Positions 57,259 to 64,000 of a stretch of 64,000 bases of DNA are shown here, piece by piece. The stretch spans positions 25,761 through 89,760 of the forward strand of contig JBJKSX010000053.1 of NCBI GenBank assembly GCA_046703545.1, written 5' to 3'. The stretch comes from Thermoplasmataceae archaeon. GTDB taxonomy: Archaea > Thermoplasmatota > Thermoplasmata > Thermoplasmatales > Thermoplasmataceae. The notes beneath the pieces were generated by a model. It saw only the letters and a program-made list of their open reading frames with translations, did no database searches and had not been told where the DNA came from. The position numbers and the translations under genes were made by a program. The number at the start of each line of letters is the position of its first letter. The stretch's first letter is position 1.

Positions 57259-57915
57259 GTGTTGCACATCGCTCTGGCTACTGGGATATCCAATTTTGTG
57301 ATATCCGTAATACAAACTCTTGGATACCCCGGAATTTTCCTCTTGATGGTTTTGGAAGGGGCGTTGATCCCAATTCCTTCTGAAGTGATCATGGCTTTTG
57401 GAGGATACATGGTTTACAGTGGAGGACTTGTTTCCCAACTTGGGATACCTGCCTTCATAGTACTTCTAATAGCCGGCAGCGTCGGAAACATGGTTGGGGC
57501 ATATCTTGCGTATATTCTGGGTGACTATGGGGGAATACCACTCATCATTCGGTACGGCAGGTATGTGATGCTGGACAAGGGCTCCATTGAGAAGACCCAC
57601 AGCTGGTTCCTGAGATATGGGCCATCTTCAGTTTTCCTCACACGGCTTGTTCCTGTTTTCAGGACGTTCATATCCATTCCTGCGGGAATTGCAAAGATGA
57701 ACAGGGCATATTTCCTTGGCCTGACACTTGCAGGTGCATTCATCTGGGACGCCATCCTGATATACCTTGGGTTCCACCTTGGGCCCTACTGGAATTCAAT
57801 AATTGATGTGTTCAACAAGTTCACCGACGTGGCGCTGGTTGCACTGGCAGCAATAATAATAGCATGGGTGTACACAAAGCTGTCAAAAAGAAAATCTGCA
57901 GAAAAAGTGGATTAA
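57259..57915 (+). CDS. DedA-family membrane protein
   Basis: 'GYPGIFLLMVLEGALIPIPSEVIM' and 'FLTRLVPVFRTFISIPAGIAKM' are DedA/SNARE-associated signatures. Confidence 0.8.
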   Translation: MLHIALATGISNFVISVIQTLGYPGIFLLMVLEGALIPIPSEVIMAFGGYMVYSGGLVSQLGIPAFIVLLIAGSVGNMVGAYLAYILGDYGGIPLIIRYGRYVMLDKGSIEKTHSWFLRYGPSSVFLTRLVPVFRTFISIPAGIAKMNRAYFLGLTLAGAFIWDAILIYLGFHLGPYWNSIIDVFNKFTDVALVALAAIIIAWVYTKLSKRKSAEKVD

Positions 57916-57921
57916 AAAAAA

Positions 57922-58107
57922 TTATGGATTTTTCTTGGACCAGGGTGCCGCCAGAGATATCAGGTATATTATGAACCCTACAGTGGCGAAAAGCACTACG
58001 TCGGTTTCTGAAATGTTCAGAAAGTGGTAGAGCAAACCACCAATCTCTATGATCAGAAGTCCAAAGAAAAACAACGGGAATCTCATATTGCTCATGTTTC
58101 TTGCCAT
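57922..58107 (-). CDS. 61-aa two-helix membrane peptide, possible accessory subunit of the adjacent complex II
   Basis: A strong 'GAGGTGAT' SD (58113-58120, minus strand) lies 5 nt upstream of ATG 58107 and overlaps the stop codon of the upstream anchor gene. There are two hydrophobic helices ('FPLFFFGLLIIEIGGLLYHF', 'VVLFATVGFIIYLISLAA'). Confidence 0.55.
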   Translation of the reverse strand: MARNMSNMRFPLFFFGLLIIEIGGLLYHFLNISETDVVLFATVGFIIYLISLAAPWSKKNP

Positions 58108-58118
58108 TTCACATCACC

Positions 58119-58850
58119 TCAGAGGTGCAGCAGCACCAAGTTATGGAACACTCCTGCAGCTGTTGCCCTTATGTAAAGGTCAACCAGGAAGAACATTGTA
58201 AGGCTGTACCATGCCAATGCCTCGTGGTGGTTGTTTATCTTTGTCTGCCCATAGAAGAGCTTGCGTCTGGTCTGGTGCTGGCAGCTGTAGCAGTCTGTAT
58301 TTCCTCCGATAAGGTGCCTGATTGCATGGCAAGAGAACGTGTAGACTGTCACAAACACTGCATTTACTATGAGAAGAACGGCCCCGAGTGTCAGTGTGAA
58401 ACCTCCCTGGTAAACAAAAGACAGGTATATGTCATAATAGAAGAACGGGAGTATTGCAACTGCGAAATATACGAAGTACCTGTGGAAGTTCTCCAGCCTG
58501 AGCAGTACGCTGGTCTCACCGGTGTATGGCCTTCCCTTGAATTCACCCCTGAAACCAATCTCGCATGATCTGGGGTGGTTGAAGAGATGTCTGTGGTAAT
58601 CCTTCCTGTAAGCGTAGCAGGTAAGCCTGAAAAGGCCAATGAAAGGCAGAACCAGAACGGTTGGCGAGTAGAAAGGATCGGTCAGGCCTGTTGTGGAACT
58701 GTAGCCAATCGGGTACTGCATCATGAGGTATATTCCAAGCACTATGATCAGAACGAATCCCCATAGTCTCGGGTTGAGCTCAAAGAACTCTGTAGGAAGC
58801 AACTTCCTTGCTGGCTGGCTTGCGTTCTTTCCCTTTGCGTCTCCTATCAT
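58119..58850 (-). CDS. sdhC: Single five-helix membrane anchor of a three-subunit succinate dehydrogenase/fumarate reductase, with Cys/His-rich motif
   Basis: ATG 58850 lies 1 nt after the sdhB stop (the listed start 58862 would overlap). I predict five TM helices by eye. 'CHAIRH...DCYSCQH' is encoded at 58275-58331, with an additional 'CYAYRKDYHRHLFNHPRSC'. Confidence 0.6.
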   Translation of the reverse strand: MIGDAKGKNASQPARKLLPTEFFELNPRLWGFVLIIVLGIYLMMQYPIGYSSTTGLTDPFYSPTVLVLPFIGLFRLTCYAYRKDYHRHLFNHPRSCEIGFRGEFKGRPYTGETSVLLRLENFHRYFVYFAVAILPFFYYDIYLSFVYQGGFTLTLGAVLLIVNAVFVTVYTFSCHAIRHLIGGNTDCYSCQHQTRRKLFYGQTKINNHHEALAWYSLTMFFLVDLYIRATAAGVFHNLVLLHL

Positions 58851-58851
58851 C

Positions 58852-59601
58852 TTAAACCACACTCCTTTCTTTTGATTTTCTTTTCAGCAGCCTACCGATT
58901 GGGTCGTATGTCCTGTCTACTGCCCTCTCCTTCTCCTGTATAATTGCGTTGTCCGTGATGTGTATGTGCTCTGGGCATACATCCTGGCAGCATTTTGTAA
59001 TGTTGCAGTAACCCAGTCCTCCCTCCTTGTTTAGGAGAGTCGACCTGTCAATGCTGTCGATGGGGTGCATGTCCAGTGAAGCCGCCTTGACGATGTGCCT
59101 GGGCCCAAAGTATGTTGTGTTGTGCTCCCTTACTACGTGGCATACATCCATGCAGAGGAAACACTCGATGCAGGACTTGAATTCCTTGGACCTCTCTATG
59201 TCCTCCTGGTGCATGGTCCAGGGGAATTTTGCATCCTCCCTTGGAGTGAATTTTGGTATTTTCCTCAGAATATCCCAGTTTCCTGTGACATCAGTTGCAA
59301 GGTCCCTTATGAGAGGGTAAGCCCCCATTGGGGATACCGTTATGTTGTGGCCAACCTTGTCAACCCTTGTCTTGCACATCAGCCTGGGCATGCCATTTAT
59401 TTCGGCCGAGCATGAACCGCATTTTGCAGCCTTGCAGTTCCATCTTATGGCAAGCGTTGTATCGTAATGTTCCTGCACATACCTTACAGCGTCAAGAACA
59501 ACCATTCCGTCAACCAAAGGAACTTCGAATTTCTCGTAGTGTCCCTTTTCCTCAACTTCCGGGTCATGCCTGTATATATTCAGGGTTATTTTTTCCTCCA
59601 T
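58852..59601 (-). CDS. sdhB: Succinate dehydrogenase/fumarate reductase iron-sulfur subunit (paralogue 1)
   Basis: [2Fe-2S] 'CKAAKCGSCSAEINGMPRLMC', [4Fe-4S] 'CIECFLCMDVC', third cluster 'CNITKCCQDVCP'. 1-nt overlap with the sdhA stop. Confidence 0.85.
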   Translation of the reverse strand: MEEKITLNIYRHDPEVEEKGHYEKFEVPLVDGMVVLDAVRYVQEHYDTTLAIRWNCKAAKCGSCSAEINGMPRLMCKTRVDKVGHNITVSPMGAYPLIRDLATDVTGNWDILRKIPKFTPREDAKFPWTMHQEDIERSKEFKSCIECFLCMDVCHVVREHNTTYFGPRHIVKAASLDMHPIDSIDRSTLLNKEGGLGYCNITKCCQDVCPEHIHITDNAIIQEKERAVDRTYDPIGRLLKRKSKERSVV

Positions 59602-61328
59602 CAGTATACCTCCGGTTTAACATACTGCTTCAGCTCTTCGGGGATCTCTGGAACGGGTTTTGTATCGAATTTGAATTCGCCGTTTTCATTGAAGCATATT
59701 ATGTTCTTGAGCCATTCCTTGTTCTTTTTCGGGTAGTCCCTTCTTGTGTGGGCTCCCCTGCTTTCAGGCCTCATTAGGGCGGACCTGACTATGGCTTCTG
59801 TCGCAATGAGCATGTTTCCAAGTTCCAGAATGGCTAGCAGTCCATGATTGTACCTCTTCCCGCCTGGCGCGGAGACCTTCTTGTACTTCTCCTTCAGCTC
59901 CAGTATTGTTGAAAGTGCTTTCTGGAGGTGTTCTTCGTCCCTCACAATGCCGACGTTATCAGACATTGTTCCTGTGAGCTCGTCAATGAGGTCATACGCA
60001 TTAAGCCCACCTTCCTTGAGATGCCCAAGCGTCTTGCTTATTGTATCCTGAACTTCATTTTCATCTATATCCAGGAGGTCAACATTCTTGACGTATTCAG
60101 AGGCCCCTTCGCCGATCTTCTTGCCAAACACCAGGATATCGGACATGGAATTGCCTCCCAGCCTGTTGGCACCGTGCAGTCCGCATGCCACTTCTCCCGC
60201 AGCAAACAGGCCTTCAACAGTGGTCTGGCCTGTTTCAGGGACAACTCTCAGCCCACCCATCTGGTAGTGTGTTGTGGGTGCAACTTCCATCATTTCTTTT
60301 GTGATGTCGATGCCTGCAAATTCCATGAACTGCATATACATGCTTGGAAGCTTGTGCTTGACGAAATCAGCTCCCTTGTATGATATGTCTAAATAGACGC
60401 CCCCATGTTCAGTGCCCCTTCCTGCCTGTATTTCAGCGTAGTTGGCACGTGCGACAACATCTCTTGCGTCCAGCTCTTTCTTTTCAGGGGAGTACTTGAG
60501 CATGAATCTTTCCTTGTCCTTGTTGTATAGGATGCCGCCTTCCCCTCTCACTCCCTCCGTGACAAGAAGTCCCTTTACACCGGGAGGGTAGACCATTCCA
60601 GTGGGATGGAACTGTATCATCTCCATGTCCTGAAGGGTGGCCCCAGCCCTGAAGGCAAGGCCTATTCCATCGCCTGTTGATTCCCAGGAGTTGGAGGTTA
60701 CCTTGAAAACTCTCCCGCAACCGCCTGTTGCAAGCACAACTGCTTTGGCCCTGAACAGGTGGAATTCTCCCCTGTCCATTTTCATTCCAATTGCGCCAAC
60801 AACCCTGCCGTCCTTGCGGAAAAGGTCAACGATATACATTTCATCTATTATGGTCACGTTTTCCCTGTGAATTATCTGGTCCTGCAGGGTTCTGATAATT
60901 TCAAGGCCCGTCCTGTCACCAACGTGGCAAAGGCGCCTGTATGAGTGGCCTCCGAAGGCCCTCTGCAAGATCCTGCCATCAGGAGTCCTGTCAAATAGGG
61001 CGCCAAATTTCTCAAGTTCGTGGACCCTTTCAGGAGCTTCCTTGGCGAGTATCTCACCCATTTTCCAGTTCCCGATGTAAACGCCTTCTTCCACAATGTC
61101 TCCAAAATGTACCTGCCAGTTGTCCTTTGGGTCAACATTTCCCAGGGCAGCTGCCATGCCTCCCTCGGCCATAACAGTATGGGCCTTTCCAAGAAGGGAT
61201 TTAGACACAACAGTAACTTTGAGGCCAGCATCAGATGCTGCCAACGCTGCCCTCATGCCGGCCCCGCCTGCACCAATAATCAGGACGTCCGATTCTGTTT
61301 TCAAATATTGCTCAGCCATGAGAATCAC
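59601..61328 (-). CDS. sdhA: Succinate dehydrogenase/fumarate reductase flavoprotein subunit (paralogue 1)
   Basis: 'VLIIGAGGAGMRAAL' FAD fold, covalent-FAD His context 'GKAHTVMAEGG', 'HPTG', 'GLFAAGEVACGLHGANRLGGNS', 'ESRGAHTRRDYP'. The start is GTG 61328 or ATG 61319. Confidence 0.9.
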   Translation of the reverse strand: MILMAEQYLKTESDVLIIGAGGAGMRAALAASDAGLKVTVVSKSLLGKAHTVMAEGGMAAALGNVDPKDNWQVHFGDIVEEGVYIGNWKMGEILAKEAPERVHELEKFGALFDRTPDGRILQRAFGGHSYRRLCHVGDRTGLEIIRTLQDQIIHRENVTIIDEMYIVDLFRKDGRVVGAIGMKMDRGEFHLFRAKAVVLATGGCGRVFKVTSNSWESTGDGIGLAFRAGATLQDMEMIQFHPTGMVYPPGVKGLLVTEGVRGEGGILYNKDKERFMLKYSPEKKELDARDVVARANYAEIQAGRGTEHGGVYLDISYKGADFVKHKLPSMYMQFMEFAGIDITKEMMEVAPTTHYQMGGLRVVPETGQTTVEGLFAAGEVACGLHGANRLGGNSMSDILVFGKKIGEGASEYVKNVDLLDIDENEVQDTISKTLGHLKEGGLNAYDLIDELTGTMSDNVGIVRDEEHLQKALSTILELKEKYKKVSAPGGKRYNHGLLAILELGNMLIATEAIVRSALMRPESRGAHTRRDYPKKNKEWLKNIICFNENGEFKFDTKPVPEIPEELKQYVKPEVY

Positions 61329-61552
61329 TTAAATTGTAGCTAGCTTGTTTTGTTGATACGTCCGTTTATTATAAAGAATTTTATGACATATTAGCCTACA
61401 TTATAGGGCACGGTGTGAATTTTTCAGTGGCATTAGGACTCCCGGAATAATTTTGCTGCTGGATGAAAGGCAGCCTGGCCGAAGTCGGATTACATAACAT
61501 AGAGGCTAAGGTATTAGTGCAATTTTATCTGGGTCCAGCGGGTTTTCTCCAT

Positions 61553-61948
61553 TCAGGGTAGTGGCATTGAAGCCACTATCAGTGAAAGGGTTGTCCCGTA
61601 GATCACAGAGATGATGAATATGGCCGTAAACAGATAGGAGACTATTCTCCTTGACCGCTGGGAAATACCTGTCTCGAAGATTATGCCCTTGACTCCATTC
61701 AGCCCATGGTATGTCACGATCCAGACAAACACCAGGAAGAACGCAAGCCACAAGGGGTTTCTCAGGTTGGCGATCACTGTGTCAAACAGCTCTATGGGGC
61801 TCCCGCCATTTATGTGGGCAACATAGAGGTGCACACCCAGGAAGAAGATAATGAATGCCCCTGAAGCTGCCTGAAACAGCCATTGGATCGACCCTGTAGC
61901 CCTGCCTTTCCTCTCTGTGCCAGAATTCTTTGTGTTCATGGAATCCAT
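61553..61948 (-). CDS. sdhD: Succinate dehydrogenase small hydrophobic subunit (SdhD-like, paralogue 2)
   Basis: ATG 61948 lies 1 nt after the sdhC stop. There are three TM helices and a His-containing helix 'FIIFFLGVHLYVAHIN'. It is the last gene of the A-B-C-D string. Confidence 0.6.
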   Translation of the reverse strand: MDSMNTKNSGTERKGRATGSIQWLFQAASGAFIIFFLGVHLYVAHINGGSPIELFDTVIANLRNPLWLAFFLVFVWIVTYHGLNGVKGIIFETGISQRSRRIVSYLFTAIFIISVIYGTTLSLIVASMPLP

Positions 61949-61949
61949 T

Positions 61950-62354
61950 TCAAACACCACCTCCGGATAGAAGCACCTGCCATGCATAATACAGGAACAG
62001 GAGCATCATGACCATGGCCCCTCCCTCAAAAATGAAGAACATGGCCTTGTGCTGTTTCACCCCGATACCAACCTCATTGAGCATAAGGCGGATTCCATTT
62101 GCGCCATGGTAGAAGATCACAAGGGAGAGAAGGATGTCCATTATGATGAAAATGTCAAATGGCCCGTAAGTGAAGGAAGTTATGAGGCTGTTGAATGTTG
62201 CGCCCCCTCTCAGCAGATTTGAGAGGACAAAGTAATGGAGGTAGAGATAAAGCACGATGACAACACCTGAGATTCGGTGCATGGTGTATGCAAAGAAGCC
62301 GATTCCCTTGTGGAAAATTCTTGCCCAGCCAAGTATCCCGCTCTTTATCTTCAT
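61950..62354 (-). CDS. sdhC: Succinate dehydrogenase cytochrome b-type subunit (SdhC-like, paralogue 2)
   Basis: 'FFAYTMHRISGVVIVLYLYLH' contains the SdhC 'HR.SG' signature. Three TM helices. The start lies 3 nt after the sdhB stop. Confidence 0.75.
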   Translation of the reverse strand: MKIKSGILGWARIFHKGIGFFAYTMHRISGVVIVLYLYLHYFVLSNLLRGGATFNSLITSFTYGPFDIFIIMDILLSLVIFYHGANGIRLMLNEVGIGVKQHKAMFFIFEGGAMVMMLLFLYYAWQVLLSGGGV

Positions 62355-62357
62355 CGA

Positions 62358-63095
62358 TCAGCGCCTCCTGAATAAATGCTTGATCTCATGGGAAATGCCC
62401 TGCCTTCTCAGTATCTGTATTGCAAGGGATGGATCCACGTCCTTGGGACAGACCTCGCTGCATTCGCCGGCAAAGTGGCATCTTGAGGCGCCTATATCTG
62501 CACCCACAATCTCCAGCCTCTCCTCCCTGCCCATGTCCCTGTTGTCAAGGTTATGACGGACTGCGGCAGCAAGGGCGGCGGGGCCAAGGTAATCCTCATC
62601 CGAGCCTGAGATTGGGCAGGCGGCAAGGCACAAGCCGCATTTTATGCACATGGAATACTGCTCATACAACTTGAACTGGCTCGGGGTCTGCAGCAACTCC
62701 CCCTTGATTTCCTCAGGTTCGTCCCTTATTATGTAGGGCTTGACTTTCTTGTATTTGTCAAAGAATGGCTCTATGTCAACCACCAGATCCTTGATGATCT
62801 CGTAGTGGGGAAGCGGGTTCACCCTTATGACATCCTTCCCAAGGCTTTCAGCAATAGTGGAGCAGGCCATCCTTGGTTTTCCATTGATCTCCATTGAGCA
62901 ACTCCCGCAGATTTCCATCCTGCATGAGTGCCTGAATGAGAGGGTTCCGTCCAGGTTGTCGCTGATGTATTGAAGGCCTTCCAGAACTGTTGATATTTTG
63001 TTCTTGGGAACCTTGAAGTGGTCCATCCTGGACTGCCCGTCATGATTGCCTCTCCTGATCACAAATTCATAAGAATCACTCGGCACCATCATCAC
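62358..63095 (-). CDS. sdhB: Succinate dehydrogenase iron-sulfur subunit (paralogue 2)
   Basis: 'CRMEICGSCSMEINGKPRMAC', 'CIKCGLCLAACP', 'CHFAGECSEVCPK'. Confidence 0.88.
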   Translation of the reverse strand: MMMVPSDSYEFVIRRGNHDGQSRMDHFKVPKNKISTVLEGLQYISDNLDGTLSFRHSCRMEICGSCSMEINGKPRMACSTIAESLGKDVIRVNPLPHYEIIKDLVVDIEPFFDKYKKVKPYIIRDEPEEIKGELLQTPSQFKLYEQYSMCIKCGLCLAACPISGSDEDYLGPAALAAAVRHNLDNRDMGREERLEIVGADIGASRCHFAGECSEVCPKDVDPSLAIQILRRQGISHEIKHLFRRR

Positions 63096-63096
63096 C

Positions 63097-64000
63097 TCAA
63101 TATACCCTCGGCGCAGGTTTCCACTTGGTTATGGAAACCGGGCTGTAGCTGAATTCTGGGCCGTTCACAGTGTAGGTCGCAACAGTGTGCTTCAAGAAAT
63201 TCGTGTCATCCCTCTCAGGAAAATCATTCCGGTAATGCGCTCCTCTGCTCTCTTTCCTCAGAAGGGCACCCCGCGTTATGATCTCAGCCAGGTCCAGCAT
63301 GAAGCCAAGCTCCATTGCCCCCTGAAGCTGGAGGTTGAATACGTGCGACTTGTCAGTGAGTGAGATGTTCTGGTACCTTCTCTTGAGGTCCATTATGTTC
63401 CTTATCTGGGCCTCAAGCTCCTTTTCCGTCCTTAGAACGCCCACGTTCTTGTCCATGCCAACCCTGAGTTCATCCACAATGCCGGATACAGTCTCACCGC
63501 CATCTCTGTTGAGCATGTCATCCCAGATGCGGGTTTCCTCCTGCCTTGCCTTTTCCACGTCCAGTTCAGGCATGCTGTGTGCAGTGGCCCATCTGGCAGC
63601 CTTCACTCCGGCAACATTCCCGTAGGCCAAACATTCATTTGTTGAGTTCGAACCAAGCCTGTTTGCCCCATGTATGCTGATGCAGACATTCTCGCCAGCT
63701 CCGAAGATACCCGGTATGGAAGTTTCTGTCTCTACATTCACGCCGATCCCGCCCATGGTGTAATGTGTGGCTGGCCTCACCGGAATCATCTCCTCGGCGG
63801 CATCTATATTGTTGAATTTCTTTGCGATGTCGGTGATCATTGGGAGTCTCTCTTCAAGCTTGTCCGCAATGTGCCTCAAATCGAGGTGAAGATACGGGTG
63901 CTCCCCATGCTTGCCTTCCTGAATGCCCCTTCCTGCAAGGATTTCCCACATCATGGCCCTGGAGACAATGTCCCTTGGAGCTTTCTCTAACTTGGAGGGC
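63097..64000 (-). CDS. sdhA: Succinate dehydrogenase flavoprotein subunit (paralogue 2), N-terminal part beyond the window
   Basis: The frame stays open past the listed ATG to the window edge (...PSKLEKAPRDIVSRAMMWEI...). 'HYTMGGI', 'GIFGAGENVCISIHGANRLGSNS', 'ESRGAHYRNDFPERDD'. Confidence 0.9.
   Translation of the reverse strand, partial: PSKLEKAPRDIVSRAMMWEILAGRGIQEGKHGEHPYLHLDLRHIADKLEERLPMITDIAKKFNNIDAAEEMIPVRPATHYTMGGIGVNVETETSIPGIFGAGENVCISIHGANRLGSNSTNECLAYGNVAGVKAARWATAHSMPELDVEKARQEETRIWDDMLNRDGGETVSGIVDELRVGMDKNVGVLRTEKELEAQIRNIMDLKRRYQNISLTDKSHVFNLQLQGAMELGFMLDLAEIITRGALLRKESRGAHYRNDFPERDDTNFLKHTVATYTVNGPEFSYSPVSITKWKPAPRVY

Noticed and set aside
61329-61552. Possible small RNA (C/D-box-like 'GGATGA' and 'CTGA' elements, short CCGA..TCGG hairpin) in the 224-bp spacer between the two sdh operons
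   Set aside because: The boxes are imperfect, are not arranged as C-D'/C'-D with terminal pairing, and have no guide-like context. The region is adequately explained as terminator plus promoter ('TTTATAATAAA' on the minus strand).
1-64000. CRISPR arrays, IS elements/transposases, prophage genes, rRNA genes, known defence systems
   Set aside because: I looked for regularly spaced direct repeats, terminal inverted repeats, DDE/integrase motifs and defence hallmarks (STAND NTPases, Cas, RM, TA nucleases). None was seen in any frame, and the window is essentially housekeeping.

Overview
Densely coding archaeal chromosomal segment of about 60 genes. Archaea-specific markers include an AglB oligosaccharyltransferase, a complete euryarchaeal-type archaellum operon, TiaS, Hel308, aEF-1beta, ApgM and archaeal PheT. 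Together with an aerobic respiratory set (Rieske/cytochrome b, two complex II operons) and many sequon-rich surface proteins, I infer a Thermoplasmata-like euryarchaeon; this taxonomic call is not proven. Content from left to right: (1) RecJ-like DHH phosphoesterase; (2) a 2,112-aa AglB with a huge surface-protein-like tail, translationally coupled to a small anchored glycoprotein; (3) an orphan pair of ABC-transporter-derived regulatory domains; (4) pheT; (5) flaB-C-D/E-F-G-H-I-J; (6) a 1,232-aa TPR protein followed by an M50 protease; (7) Zn-ribbon/aEF-1beta/membrane glycosyltransferase; (8) sugar-phosphate mutase, CDP-alcohol phosphatidyltransferase, Fap7, tiaS, uppS, trm5, hel308; (9) ahcY, apgM, serS; (10) GltD-like oxidoreductase and TauE/DUF1634; (11) Dol-P-sugar synthase plus a GT-C enzyme; (12) pdxS; (13) Rieske-cytochrome b operon with a crotonase-like gene; (14) tRNA-Val and a few hypotheticals; (15) P-type ATPase, dCMP deaminase, DedA; (16) two tandem complex II operons. 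I saw no CRISPR array, transposase, integrase, rRNA or recognisable defence system. The best candidates for novelty are the AglB-surface protein fusion, the three-subunit complex II whose single anchor carries a Cys/His motif plus an SD-coupled 61-aa membrane peptide, the TPR/M50 pair after the archaellum genes, and the wHTH-SBP / stand-alone AAA-associated-domain pair. All functional calls rest on motif recognition by eye; no database search was run.
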